Assembly (NCBI GenBank): GCA_965202585.1
Contig: CBDBBG010000298.1
Coordinates: 1 to 64,000 of the forward strand
DNA from: Thalia democratica
Lineage: Eukaryota
DNA: 64,000 nt
Reading direction: 5' to 3'
Below are positions 36,091-51,000 of this stretch, one piece after another. Positions within the stretch are counted from its first letter, which is position 1; every line of letters begins with the position of its first letter. The notes below the pieces were generated by a model. The model was not told the DNA's origin. It was given only the letters and a program-made list of their open reading frames with translations, and searched no databases. The translations under genes were made by a program, and so were the position numbers.

Positions 36091-39000
36091 CTTTGAAGTT
36101 AATAAATTATCACTTATAAACAGTAAATGTTCAATAATTTAAAAACATTTTGCTCCGGATTTTCGGAATTTGTCTTCCATACTCATACCTATTATTAAAA
36201 AATTAAAAATGATCAAGTTATTGGCATTTATGAAGGGATTGATTTGAAAATTTTTGTTATTTAAAAACTTTTGCTCCGGATTGTCGAAATTTGTCTTCCA
36301 AACTAATACCTTTGAAATGATTAAACTATCAGTTATAAACAAAATTATTAGTAAATGTTTTTTATTTGTGAGTTCCATGTGCTCAGGATTGTCGAAATTT
36401 GTCTTACAAACTAATACCTGTTGATAAGAAAAATAAAGGTAATTAAGTTATTGTCATTTATGAAGAAAAGAACTTAAAAATTTTTATTTTTCAAGACTTT
36501 TATGCTCCAGACTGTTGAAATTCGTCTTTCATACTAAAACCTTTAAAATGATTTAATTATTACTTACAAATAAAAAACTGTAGTTGTTTTTTATTTGTGA
36601 GTTCCATAAGCTCAGAATTGTCAAAACTTGTCTTCAAAACTAATGCCTGGGTTTAAAATTGCATCAAAGTAACTAATTTGGTACACTTATTAACTAAATA
36701 ATTAAAAGCTATTGTCATACTTGAATATTTTGCTATAGATTATCGAAACTTTACTTCCAAACTAGCACCCTAGTTTATAAAAATAATTAGTTATCGTATC
36801 TTAAATAAGCACAAAAGAAGAATATCTCTGACTTCATGTATTGTTCGCTCAGAAGCTAATATAGAATTTTTAATTCCAGTTAAAGTTGAAATCTCATCTT
36901 TGAAAAATTTCAGAAAACTAAGAAAATTTTCAAAAGAAACAACCACTTTCTATTTAATCATGATTATTTAATCATGATTGGTATACTTTAGGGCAAAAAA
37001 CCAATGCAACAACTAAATAACACAAAAAAAATGTTCTACACATGGAATTTTAACAGGTGACGATACAACGAACAAACAAGATTAGTTCAAGAAAACCATG
37101 GCAACAACATAAAACAAGAATGTCACTCTGAACTAGTTTCATAAATTTGTTGAACTTGACTTAGAGTATAATATATGGATTATTTAATACAAATATACAT
37201 AATTTGTATTAAATATCCATCTTATAAAACTAAAAACCACAGTATAAATATGAAACTTTGTATGTTACTTTTGTACTTTTAACATTTGCTCATTATATGA
37301 TGGTAGTAATTAAATATATTAAAAACTTAGAAAACAATTTAAAAACAAAAATCTTTAGAAAGCACAACAAACTAATTACTGATTTATCACAGGTATGACC
37401 TTAATATTTAATGAGGTTGAAAACTAAGAATAAAACTTAGAATATTAATTAATTTCAGAATTTAAATTCAAACTTAAGAGTAATTAAAATCATGGACTGG
37501 TACAAAAAAGATTAAAAAATGGCTTTAAGATGTACAAAAAATTAACTCAAGCTTAATGTACAACGTATCTCCGACAACAATTGATATATTGTCAACACAA
37601 GACTTAAAGTTTTCAAAAACATACAATAAAACCTGAGAAAGATATAAAAATAATAATGAATGCATATAAAAATAAAACAAAGGTAAGAACAAAACTAACT
37701 GCACATTTAAAATGACTGTTTTAAGAAAAAAATATGTCATTCATGTATGTAAAAAAGACATATAACCAACGAACTTATTGCGTGAAACAAAATCAACATC
37801 ATATGGCAATAAATTAAAGCAACCCAGAAAACAAAACTATCAAAAGTACGTTCACGCAACTCAAAAAAGGTGAGAAAATATTTATTCGAATTTAATTTAA
37901 AATTTAAGCAGATTTTTGACTGTCGTATAAATTAAAATGTTTACTCATTTTAAAGATAGAATCAAAACAGTTTATTGGAAATATAAAAAAAAAAGAACTG
38001 ATAATGTTTTAACATTACAAATGAAAATAAGAAAGTTTCAAATCAGATATTTTGATTGTTACGTCATTTCAAAGAGTAAGAACATGTAAAAGACTTTGGG
38101 TAAAGTTTAAAGAAAATATTTGAATTAAAATAACTAATAACATGGACAGTTTAATAATTTACGAACATTACAACATGATGTCTTATTTAAACTTTAGACT
38201 ACAAACCATAAAAGTTTAAACATAGAAATTAAACATGAGTTGACCCTTACTATTTACTTTTAAACTGAATCAATATCAACCAATTTAAAATAAGAATTAA
38301 AATAAATTGAATATAAGGTCAGTCTATTAAACAAACTCTTAAAGAATATTGTAATCATTTATAAACTACTATCTTAAGTCAATCTATTGATTTAAAAATA
38401 TTTTTTAACGATGATTCATAATTTTGAAACGCTTTCTAACAGCTAAAGTTATAGTTTACTTAAATATATGAAATTGTAGTTTAATACTCAAAAATGACTC
38501 TTAACCTTGTATAAACCAAGAAAATTTAATATGATTATGAATAGGTAAATAAAATCAATAAAAATACAAACTGTTGAGTTACACGCTCATCAGGTGTAGT
38601 ACAACTACAGCTATAGAAACTGAATGGCTTTAAAATCTTCACATTTATTCACAATATTCTACGATTTGTAATATTAAGTACAACTTTAATAAGTACTGGA
38701 AATAAGTACAACTTTTCTTAAACAATAAGGTTAAAAATAAAGCAAAAAAATAAAGCAATTTCAGCTGATGACAGTAATACGACTTAGCTTTAGAAAAGTA
38801 AAAACTAAGTAAAAAAGCTATAAAAGTCCTTAAATGGTATATTTGAAGTTGCTTTGTTTTATTTTGGACAAAAATCTAATTTAAAGTGTTTTTAATAATG
38901 ACAAATTAACAATGTTTTAGACATGGAATTTTAACAGGTGACGATACAACGAACAAACAAGATTAGTTCAAGAAAACCATGGCAACAACATAAAACAAGA

Positions 39001-42000
39001 ATGTCACTCTGAACTAGTTTCATAAATTTGTTGAACTTGACTTAGAGTATAATATATGGATTATATAATACAAATATACATAATTTGTATTAAATATCCA
39101 TCTTATAATACTAAAAACCACAGTATAAATATGATCTTTGTATGTTACTTATGTACTTTTAACATTTGCTCATTAAATGATGGCAGTAATTAGTTGTATT
39201 AGAAATTAAATTAAGAACAAAAATCTTTAAACAGAACAACAATTTACTTACTGATTTTTCACAAATATGATTTCAATATTTAACGAGATTGAAAACCTAA
39301 AACGCTCAGAAATTATTAAAATAAAACTTAAAAGAGTATTCAATATAACAGACTGGTACAAAAAAGACTAAAAGTGGGTTCATTTAAAACTAAAATCTTT
39401 AGTGAATACTTTGTAAGGTAAGGAATTTGTTTAAACAAGTATGATGCAGACATTTAAAAACTAGATTTAAAGATTCAATTGAATTTTATATTGGTAATAA
39501 ACAGACTTTTTTAGTAAAATTGTCTAAGTAGATAAGGTAGTTCAAAGCAGGATTATTTGTAGTTATGAAGTGAAATTAAAGGAAAACAGTATTAAATCCG
39601 TAAACAACTGCTTCACTTAAATTAAGTATAAACACATGCACAAATTTCTAATAATCTAACGTTTAATTGCATCCAAAATCAAACCAGCCAAATAGTTCTA
39701 CAGATCATTAATAATAAACAAAAACAATAATTAACATACGAATAACTTTGCAATAACTAAGAAAAAATTAGAACGTAAATGATAAAACATTAAAAGAAGC
39801 TCTTCATCAATACATCTTGACACTTTAAAGCATATGTTATTAAAATTTAAAGAAAAATACCATATTTAATGAGACTATATAATGACGTAATAATAGTGTG
39901 TAATAAGACTAAATAAATTTCAACTAAAACACCTAAACTAAATGGATAAAAAAAGATATTTCGTTACTTTAATAATGCATACAATTTTATGTGGACAAAC
40001 TAAGACGTTTATCATGAAAAATTTGAACTTGACTGAAAGTTATTTGCGCTTAAGAGAAAATGCTTTATTACTTGCACTTAAAAGAACTAAAACTATTTAC
40101 AAATATTATTAACTAAAGAGAACCCGTGGAAAAGTTTTTAAATAAACCTTGGTATTTGAATTGTAAAGTTATTTTACAGTAACATCAACAAAACAATGAA
40201 GCGTTAACTAAAAATACATCTAAACCATGAGTAAAACAAACTTTATACTATAAAATTCACTTTTAAACCAAAATTTATCGAAGTAGAATTAAATCAAGAA
40301 AAAAATAAATTTACAATATAATAATGGATTAGACTTATAAACAAACTTTAGAACAAACTCATGAAAAGCCAATTTTTTTTTAAACAGACTTTCAAGTAAT
40401 TCTACAGTAATAACAATTAAACTTAGTAACAACATTAACTAAAACATGATCCGTTTTTGGTTGGTAAGATGACCCGTAAATAATTTAAAACTAAAGAATA
40501 TAAGGCTACATAAATCCCCTTCACAGTTTTTTAACCTTTCTTTATATATAGATTTGAAAAAAAGTACAGTAAAAAATATAGATTCAGAAAAGTTTGAACC
40601 AAGTAGACGAGCTTTAAAACATGTAAAACTAAGGAAATTTCCAAACTAGTTGACAGAAAATAAAACCAAATTTTATAGAAGTAAATGGCACTATAAACAA
40701 TTAAAATAAAATACGACCTCGAAATTGAAATGGTTACTTAATTGGCATAGTTTTATAAGTATTTGGTTTAGAGTCATTATATTAGTGTAAAATAAGGTCA
40801 AACTTATCGATTTTGTTTATTACAAACCGTTTATTGTTTGAAACATAAGGTAAAATATTTATTAATAATTGGAATTAATTACATAATAGGTAAAATTCTT
40901 TTGTTCATTTAAATATGAAAAAAAAAATATTTATATTAAATTGATGCTCTTTCAAACATACAAAATAAGAAGTTTCAATTCTTTTAAAGTGACTTAACAG
41001 CAAGTTTATGATTAGATAAGACATTAGCAAAAATTATGTATGATATACACAACCTTGTAGACCAAAAACTTAAATGGCACAACATATACTACAGCTGAAT
41101 AATAACATTAAACAATAAGTCATAAATTCTCTAAGTGGGATGTATATTTGAACTGTAATTATTACTTGAAAAGACAGTTAATCTTTTAAGTTTATAGATA
41201 TCAATATCATATGAACCAGCGCAACAAGATGTTAATTAATGATTAAGTATTAATCTGTTAATTTACTTGCAGCAATGAAATATTTCAGAGTTAATTGCCA
41301 TATATATATTTATATCTATTATGTATATATACATAGTTTAATTAAGATACGCCTCGTCTAATACTTATTATGTACATATATTTAGTGTTGTTAGTGTCTA
41401 TATTAATTATTCAAATAATATGCATATTACATATACAAATATAGTGTTAGTAAAAATTACTAAGTTAAACTGTATAAGACTACCGGGTTATGACGTAACA
41501 TTTATAATTAAGTAAAAATACATGAAAAATTGTGGACAAAACTGTATTTCGTTAGTGGCTAATTTTCAAAGATTGCCAAAATTTATTTCCACAAATTAAG
41601 ACGTAAACATTGACTTATGTAAACGGGAAATGTACATGGAAAAATTTAGCTTTGTTTCCATCTAAGTGACATAAATATCCTACACACAATATTGCAAAGA
41701 TACTACTTACAAAAGTATACGATTTGTACTTTTAAGAATGCAATGTATTACATTAACTAACAATTATAGCATTTTTTGCCCAAACACTTTTTTTTAAAGA
41801 CAAACGACGCTTAAAACTAAGTAAGTAATCTACTTACGCTCATGAGTAATTTGTACAGGCTTTATCTGTTATCAATAAATACAACGTGGTGTGAAATTTG
41901 TCTGTTATACTCAATGATTTAAATATTAGTATTAAAACAGGGTCGCCACTCGTTTTTCTAAAGTTTTCCGAATTTCTTCCAGGATTTTAAAAATACACAT

Positions 42001-45000
42001 GTTTGGGTCTATTTTTAGTTTAAAGTTTAGTTTAAGGTAAGAAACTGTGTTAAGTAGTATAGAAATATTAAAAAGATACTGTAAAACTACTTTAAGTATG
42101 TTTTTTAATAAATAAAAACTTTTATTATGAAAAAAAATTTCTATTTAAATGATAGATGTTTTGAGTAAAATCAAAATTTTACTACTTAACACATATAAAC
42201 CATTGAAAATTCCATATTATTTTTAGTGGTTTTTGCCTAAATTGTCAAACTCAAGGTTTTTCCAGGTAAAGTGGCAGCCCTGTTAAAATCAAGTTTAGTT
42301 GCGCTAAGAAGTACGAGCACATTCACTCGTACATCCAAGTCATAGGGTGCCAACAAACAGAGTGACGGGGCTTAAAAAACAATAGCAAAACAGATCAAAG
42401 TAGTAGAAGTGAGTTGGCGTGGTGTAAATAACTCTTCATCCTTTTTTAGGACCTATTTTAAGCGCTTAAATCATTATTGGTGACTAAAACATTATTACAA
42501 AAGAATAAAAATTCAAATTAGTGCATTTAATCGTTTTCGGATTTTTAGTAGCAGATAAAAAATTAAAATTACAGTTACTTTAATGAAGTTAAATTAAACC
42601 CCAATCGTTGGAAAAGCTAGTAAAACAAAACGGAATGGACGTTGTTTAGATCAGAGTTTATCTAAAGCGGACAATATCGCCCTTTATAGGAGGCAAAAAA
42701 CAGTGAGAAATTGAAAACGTAAATGGGTAATTCGACAGTAAAGGGACTTTTTAACTCGTGCCAAGGGTTAAATTTAGAAATTAGTTTGGAAAACCAATTT
42801 CAAGTTTGGAAAACAATTCAAAATGTTTAAGAACTAATCCTATAAGCTTAGAAACAGTAAGGAAATAAACTAAAAATAAAATAGTATCTCAACAAGAAGA
42901 TAAAATGATTAATTCAACCGAGAATTTACAAAAAAGTTTGTACAATTGATGCAAGTGGTTTGTAAATTTACCTAACTTTATGTGGACAATTTAAGACGTA
43001 AATATTTTTTAGAAGTATTTAAAACAAGTGGCTCATGACTAATTTATATCTGTTATCTTTCATACAACATTAGAGTGAAACTAGTCTGTTGTATCTTATA
43101 ACTTCTAGTGAGAATAAAGTTTAGTTATGACTTAGAAGTACTAGCACACTTACTCGTACATCCAAGTCATAACTCAAAAGGGTGCCGACCAGCAGAGTAA
43201 CCGGGCCTAAAGGACAAGAATTAAAAAAAAACTAAGGGCAGGCCGGAGAGATGACAGGTGCGAAGCACCGTGTCATCGACCGGCCGTAGCCCTTTGTTTT
43301 TTTTTAATTCTTGTCCGCTACCTCAACACTTACTAATCAAACTCATCAATACAAAACCACTCAGTTAATAATTGAAAAACTATAACTGATATTACCGTCA
43401 GGCCTTTAATGGTTTCACATCAATAAGTTAGATCACATAAGCTCAAGGTTAGTAAAAGATAACAGATAAAGACCGTACAAATACAACGCAATAACGTATA
43501 TTTGTTTGGCAGTTACGCTACTCACGGTCCATTTGACAGAAAAAGAGGGCCTTCAAGAAAAAAGGCCGTAAAGAAAAAGAGAAAAGGAAAAGATGAAAAT
43601 TTTTTCGCCGGCGGAGCCGGCGAAATGCCTTAAAAAATAAATTTTAATAATCTCCATCAAAAAATCTCATCACATTTTCGGTTTGGGGGAATCCCCATTT
43701 TTGAAAAATATGGGTGGGGGGGGGCCTGAAAAATTTAGTGCGTACCCTATTTTCGAAAACCTATTTAACTAATGCAAATAATGTTTTACTAAAAATTTAG
43801 TGCATACTTTAAGCGGGTGCGTACCTTATTTTAGAAAACCTATTAAATCAATGCAAATATTGTGTTATTAAAAATTTAGTGCGTACTTTAAGCGGGTGCG
43901 TACCTTATTTTAGAAAACCTATTTAATTAATGCAAATAATGTGTTATTAAAAATTTAGTGCGTACCTTATGCGGGTGCGTAGTAATTAAAGAAAATCTTT
44001 ACTTATAACAGAGAGAGTGTTATTAAAAACTTAGTGTTTAATTCTTAGAATGCGTACATATAGATGCCTTTAATTCGTTAAAATTACATGTTTAAGTTAG
44101 GGTAAAACAAATGAATACAGATACTACATCATCCTGGTTAAGTACCTAATGTTTTACATATACATGGAAAACAGTTCATCAATCTCATAGAGAGGTGTAC
44201 TTTTTAATGACAGAAAATATAAAAATATACAAATATAAAAAGAAACAGACCTTTTAAATGTGTACACTGACAAATCTATTTATATGATTTAACTGTTTTC
44301 TATGTATACTCAAACAATAGTCAGTTAACTTGCTTACGTAAATTGATTTTACTTAGATAACCTTTTAAAAACAGTATAAAATTTAAACTAATCAAAAATA
44401 AAAACCACTTGAGATTCATCTAAACAATTAAAATTACTTTGATCAAGTAGTAACTATATTCTTGTCAAATAAAACTTTAAAATGGTAAAAAAATTTTATA
44501 TTCTTGTTTAACTTCAGTTTTATACTGTTCCTACTAAAGGATATCACTTTACTTGTCATGTAACTTATTAAGCTATGATAATTAAATTGGTCTCATTGTG
44601 AAGTAATTATTTAGCAATCTCATAAATACAAAGGTTACTACCATCACTACTTATTAACTGGTATACTTTAATTTACTTTATATATTCACTAATAGACTTA
44701 AACTTTGAATGCTTACTTAATTGCTTTGTTTAATCACTGATCTCAGACAACTTATTGTGTGTTTCTTAAAGTGTGCATACAAATTAAAGGTGTTTGAACT
44801 TATCATTTCAATACATTGTTACAAACTAAAACAGTTAAACCATACTACTTTGTGTCATTAACATATGTTTATTAGCCTGTAGTTCATTTCAAAGTTTGTC
44901 AAATACTTGCATCATTTGAAATCTTTATGGCTGTATATTTATACTATTACCAAAATTGAGTCTTTACATTTGTCATATACATATAACACAACACAGCAAG

Positions 45001-48000
45001 TTGTTGATAAATGCTTATTAGTCAAACATATGAACAAAAGAAATTATTGATAGATAAAAGAACAGAAAGAAGTTAGTGATAGAAGAAGAGAAAAATTAAA
45101 CAAAGGTGAGAATAAACCTCATACACTAACAACCTTTAAATTTTGCTTGCTGTGAAGTGCTTTGTAAATATATGAGTGTAAACTTAAAATTTTGGAACAT
45201 TTTGTTTACTAGCAAACCTAATCCTGATATGGTTTAACTGTTTTCTTTTGTAAAAAAATGAATAAATAAAACTTTATAACAATTAAAACAGTTTTGAAAC
45301 TATTAACAATTTTGTTTTATGATTACTCTTCCTACTTATCTTTTATGCACACTTTAAGTAACTCTTATTACAAGTTATTAATTTATAAATATATAAACTA
45401 CATTAATACAATCAGAACTAACCAACTTAATTTTTATGTTGTAAATAAACTTCTACACTTACATTAGCTTGCTGTCTCTTTGGGCTTCATTCATAAAAAC
45501 AAAACTTCTTTACACAAGCTTATAAAGTTTACCACAAATGTTGCTACTTTTAAGTGATTTTATTTATTTTTGAGTCTTATTTAAGTTTTCTCTTAATTTA
45601 AGGTAGCCTTGTAATCTTAGGAGAATGAAGCCCAACAAAACAAATATATGTTTATGGTATCAACTCTATAAAAAGAAAGAACTAGTCTGAATTTGTGCAA
45701 AATTTAATTAACATATAAAGCTTAATGTTATTTAAGCATGAGAACTCAAAAATTTAATAGTAACAAAAGGACTTAAATAAATAGAAAATCTAAAACTTAA
45801 AGACAAATATCAAGATTTATTGTAAATACCCAAAAAACCTTAACTTTGTTACTAAACATTCAACTAGTATTACTGGTAACCCTAGCAAAAAATACTAAGT
45901 TTTGCACAAATTAAAACAATCTAATTAACTATTAAACAAACTAACTTGAACAGCTGCTGTAGTAGGTACTCATCTTTAATCAGAATCCAAAAAAGTGTGA
46001 TCCATTGCCTAATCTTAAGATGTAGGAGAAAGCCAAAGTTACAACTTATAAAGACCTTTGAAAAAACCTAGAAGTTTAAAAATTTTACAGAGGTTCAAAA
46101 GATTTTTCATAAGAATTCTTTTGAATTTTTCTCTACTCAGTTCACTTTATAATGATGTTTCAAAGATTTCAAAGACTGAAATGCAAGTTTTTAAGCCTCT
46201 TGATGATTTTTTTTTCATCAAGTAAGCCAATTGATCTTGTCTGAACATGTCATGCTTCTAGTATAAAAGCTTGTCACAGATTTATAAATAAAGATATATG
46301 CATTCTGTGATGAATCAGAAAATAAAATAAAGATTTTTTCAAAGGTTTTGCATGAGAAAAATAATATAGATTATCAACATAAACTTTTAAGACTGTTGAA
46401 TGCCAAACTAGGTCAAATGCTTTCTTAAAATTACTCACACAATATAGAAATATAAGAATTCTTTTGAATGTTTCTCTACTTATTTCACTTTATATTGATG
46501 TTTCAAAGATTTCAAAGACTGATGTGCAAGTTTTTAAAGCCTCTTGATGATTTTTTTTTGCCTCAAGTAAGTGCATTCAAGCCAATTGATCTTGCTGAAC
46601 ATGTCATGTTTGTGAGTATAAAAACTTATCACAATTTTTATAAATAAAGATATATGATTCTGTGATGAACTAGAAGATTAAATAAAGAATTTTTTCAAAG
46701 CTATTGCATGAGAAAAATAATATAAATTATCAACATAAACTTTCAAGACTGTTGAATGCCAAACTAGGTCAAATGCTTTCTTAAACTTACTCACACAATG
46801 TAGAAACATATAAGACTTTTAGAAGATAAAATGAGCAACAATCATCAAGTTTTATCTTCAAAAATATTGACAATCAAATAGAGTTTGCTTAAGTACAAAG
46901 CTCACATAAACAGTATAAAAAAGAAAAAAAAAAGTTTCAGAGTTACTTCACACCTACAGCATCTAAGGTGTTTTACTACAAGTGCTTTTCTCAAAAGAAT
47001 ATTCATTGAAAAAAATATTTTGCAAAGTACTATTTTATTGTGATGTCACATTAAAATGTAAGACTTTAGAGAATTCATAAAAACTACAAATTGAAACACT
47101 ATCTTAGCATGGCAGGGTGGTTTTTAGCTTTTTCGAAAATAAAATGCTTTATTTTACATAATGTTAAACCTTAAACTTTTTTTTGTAAAAGATAAACTGT
47201 TTTAATTTCATTCTTATTATTCATTCTTTTTTAAGTTTTTCGTAGTTTCTACCTTTTTACTACATTGGCGATAACTGGTTAACATATTGTATAATATTTA
47301 AGCTACAGTAATTCATTAAGCTCGTATAAACTACATTGACAACTTATAAAGACATATAAATTAAGCGTTTAACTCTTAATTTTACAAAATAGTTTTCTTT
47401 TTTTGTTTTTTTTTTTTGTTTTGTATAAGTTTATTACTTAACAATTTGTACAAGATTGATTATATTTAGCAAAAAGCCTTTATCTCATCAGGTAATAGCA
47501 TTAAATTTAACTTTTGCAAAATCATTTTACTTATTATTTAATTTGAATCGTTTTGCCATATTAGCCAAAACTATACAGTTTTTGTAGTCATTGATATAAC
47601 AACTTTTTGAAGCAGGTAGAAAATAAAAAAACCATATTGTGCATAGTGAGTGAATGCTAAATAAAGACACACTTATCAAAATATTTATGTCAAATTTTAA
47701 ATGTGATCAAAATGAAACTTGTCAAATTCCAAGTTTGTTGGCTGACTTGTTTATAAAAACCTACGTTCTGTTTAAAAAAAATACATTAGCAATTATTACA
47801 AACTTTAACACTAGTAACCGTTAGTTTTAGTATTATTTTTTACTATTAGATCTATTTTAATGAAACATTCATACTAGTTGAAAGTTTAAAAGAATTACAA
47901 TGTTAGAGCAAAAGGTCTTTCTATATACTTAATTGTTTAAATTGGACACATTTTTTTGTTTTTAATAACAAGAACTTTTTATTATTTACGTTTTTTTAAG

Positions 48001-51000
48001 GAACAAATTGAGATCGCTACATATTTCGAATAAGTTTTGTTTCTAAAACTATGAAAGTTAAAGATGCGTAAGACCCGGTCTAGACAGAAAAATACCAAAT
48101 AGACAGAAATAAGAAACTTTTAATTTTGAAATTCTAACTTAAAAGAGCAATTGCTAATACAGTTATCATGCAATCAAAAATAGCACCCTGCAGCAATTGT
48201 ATAGTTTATAATTAATCTTTCTACATTCACTAATGTCAAACCTACACTTTTTAGTCTTCATTCTATTATCAACTTTCTATAGTATGTAATCAGCTTGTTT
48301 TATTCCTTAATTTAAAGCCACTAATGTTTTTTATTTTAATATAACAGTTTCACGTTCAGTTTTTTAAGAGCCTAAACCCATAGTGTTTGTTTAGTATTTT
48401 ATTCAAATCATTGATTAACTTTCTAACTAACATAATTTACAATTTCTTACCTACTTGTTTTGCTTTATAGTATCTTCCATGTTTTGTTTAACTTTTATTT
48501 TTCAGATTTAAATTGTGACTGAAGATCCATTAAAGGGTTAAACTTAGTTTCTTAAATAAAAATATTAAACAATTAATGTTGTATATTAATTATTTACTCA
48601 AAACTTTTGTTTTTATAATTTTTACTTTTAACAACTACCAAAACATGCGTTTTGAACAAGAACATAAACTTGTGAATTTTTGGGAGATTAGTATAGATTA
48701 ATCTCATAGAAAATATATCAGGTTGTTAAAAGATTTTTTTAGTGAAATGTTTTGTATTGTAAAATTTAATTTAAAACTTTATCCAAAACTGTCGAAAATA
48801 TGTAAGCCAAGCAAAATTTTGTCTTTTTAATGTGCTCAGGGTTGCCACTGGTTTTTGATAAATTTCTTTCAGCTTTTTGAAAAGACACGTTTTTGGGTTT
48901 GATTTTAGTTTCAAATTGAGTTGAACTTTAAAAACTGTTATAAGTAGTATAACAACATTGAAAAGATACTGTAAAGCTAATTTAAATGTGTTTTTCAATA
49001 AAAAATATTTTGATGATGACAAAGTTTTCTATTTATATGATAGATTTTTCGTTTCAAATCAATACATACTACTAAAAACGTAAAAATTGTTTAAAATTCC
49101 GAGTCTTTTTTAAATGTCTCAAATTCCAGGTATTTTTCAAGGTTTTTAGCCTAAATTGTCGAATTCCAGATTTTTCAAGGATTCCAGGTTTCGTGGCAAC
49201 CCTGTGTACTGATGATTTTTGTAATGCTTGAGCTTTTTAATTTGAGATTTGAGTAAATATATAAAACAGTTTACATAAGTTGATGATTAGAGTTTTTGAA
49301 AGATTTATCATGTGCGTATTTAGTATTTAGTTTAAATATAAAGTATATATCAAATAAGCTGTTGCCAAATGCACAACTAAAAAGAATTTTTACACATATC
49401 AAAAAATATAAAAACAATTCATTAAGGTTTATAAAATTTGTAAAAGATAGTTTCATATATTTTTAGAAAAATTACTTAAACACTGTGATTGTAGGAATTT
49501 ACAAAAATGTTTGATACATTAGGTAAGTAATTTATTAAATAAAAGTTCTAACATCAGAATTTTTTTTTGTAAAAAGAATTTATACAAAAACATAATAAAA
49601 GCAGCGAAAATTAATAAAATATCACTAAAGTTTGGTCGAAAGTTAATAAACTGCGTAAATCTCAACAAAATTAAAGTAAAGAAATTTTGGACAACTTAAT
49701 CGTTGTTAAATTAATTAAATAATCCAGGAATGATCAAAAATGTGCAAACAGAATAGTACTGCCATATGTATATGAATAAAAAATCATTTTAGTACAATAA
49801 TTACAAAAAAGTTTCAACTTGTGTAAGAACAATGTTAGTAAAAGCACTTTAGGTGAAATAGACAATTTTTTTTTTGTTAAAAGCTTAATTGAACTTTTAG
49901 GTTTTTTTTAATTTTCTAAAACTTTCATTTGATGTCACACAATAAACCACAATTATTATTTTTTAATAAATTTTAACTTTGAGGTTTTTAGAATTAAATT
50001 TCAAAAACAAACAAAATAATTACTCCTCCTTATTTTCAGGTGATTCGCTTTCTTTCTGAATTTCCTCATTTTCGACCTGAATTTCTTCTTCAACCTGATT
50101 TTCCTCCTGAACTTCTACTGCTTCCTCCACAGCATCTTCCTGAATATTTTCTTCAATATTTTCATTATTTTCTTTTTCTTTTGTTATTTCTTCGACTTTA
50201 TCTTCAACTCGGTCCATCCTCTCACCTAAACTGCACATTGCCTGAAAAAATATTTATGTCTAAAAATATCGTTATTTTTTTGATTACTTATATACTCTTT
50301 GAGTGTAACTAAAAAAATGAAAAAAATATTATTATTAAAGAGTAGATATGAATTAATTAGGAACGGTTTCGATGTTTTATAACTAAATTAATCAGTTTTT
50401 GTGACACAATTATCATTTTAAATCATGTTCAGTCTGTTTAATAACTAAAAAAATCTTGAAACAAAAACTTATTTTATTAAAAAAAAAAACTTCGGTCGTT
50501 GCAAGTTTCACAAAATTATAACACTTAAGTAAAATTTTAAAGAACTTAACTATGGTATGAATTGTGGTATAAATTTTCAATATACTACACACCATTTATT
50601 TTACGTTTTTAACAAAAAAAATTATAAAAATGGAGCTTTACTATCTTAAAAAAAAAATCAAGTACTGTAAGCTTCATAATTTTTACTCGAAATTTAACAA
50701 ACAGAGTAATGTTTTAAGAACTGGTGTGAACTTCTGCTATGTTGTATTTTACTTTTTCAATAAACTACAAACAAATTATTTTACGCTTTTCATATATAAG
50801 CTAGCCACTTATTGTTTTTGAAAACATAAAAAAAAACACTTGATAAAGCATGTCACAATTAAAGCAAATATATCTAACCTTTTAGTTATATCATATACAC
50901 TTGGTAAGATACTTGAAAGGATCAATCAAAAACAGTCACGCAAACAACAAAGAAATATAGCAATTTATTTTGAAATAATAATAAGTCATGTAAATAATAC

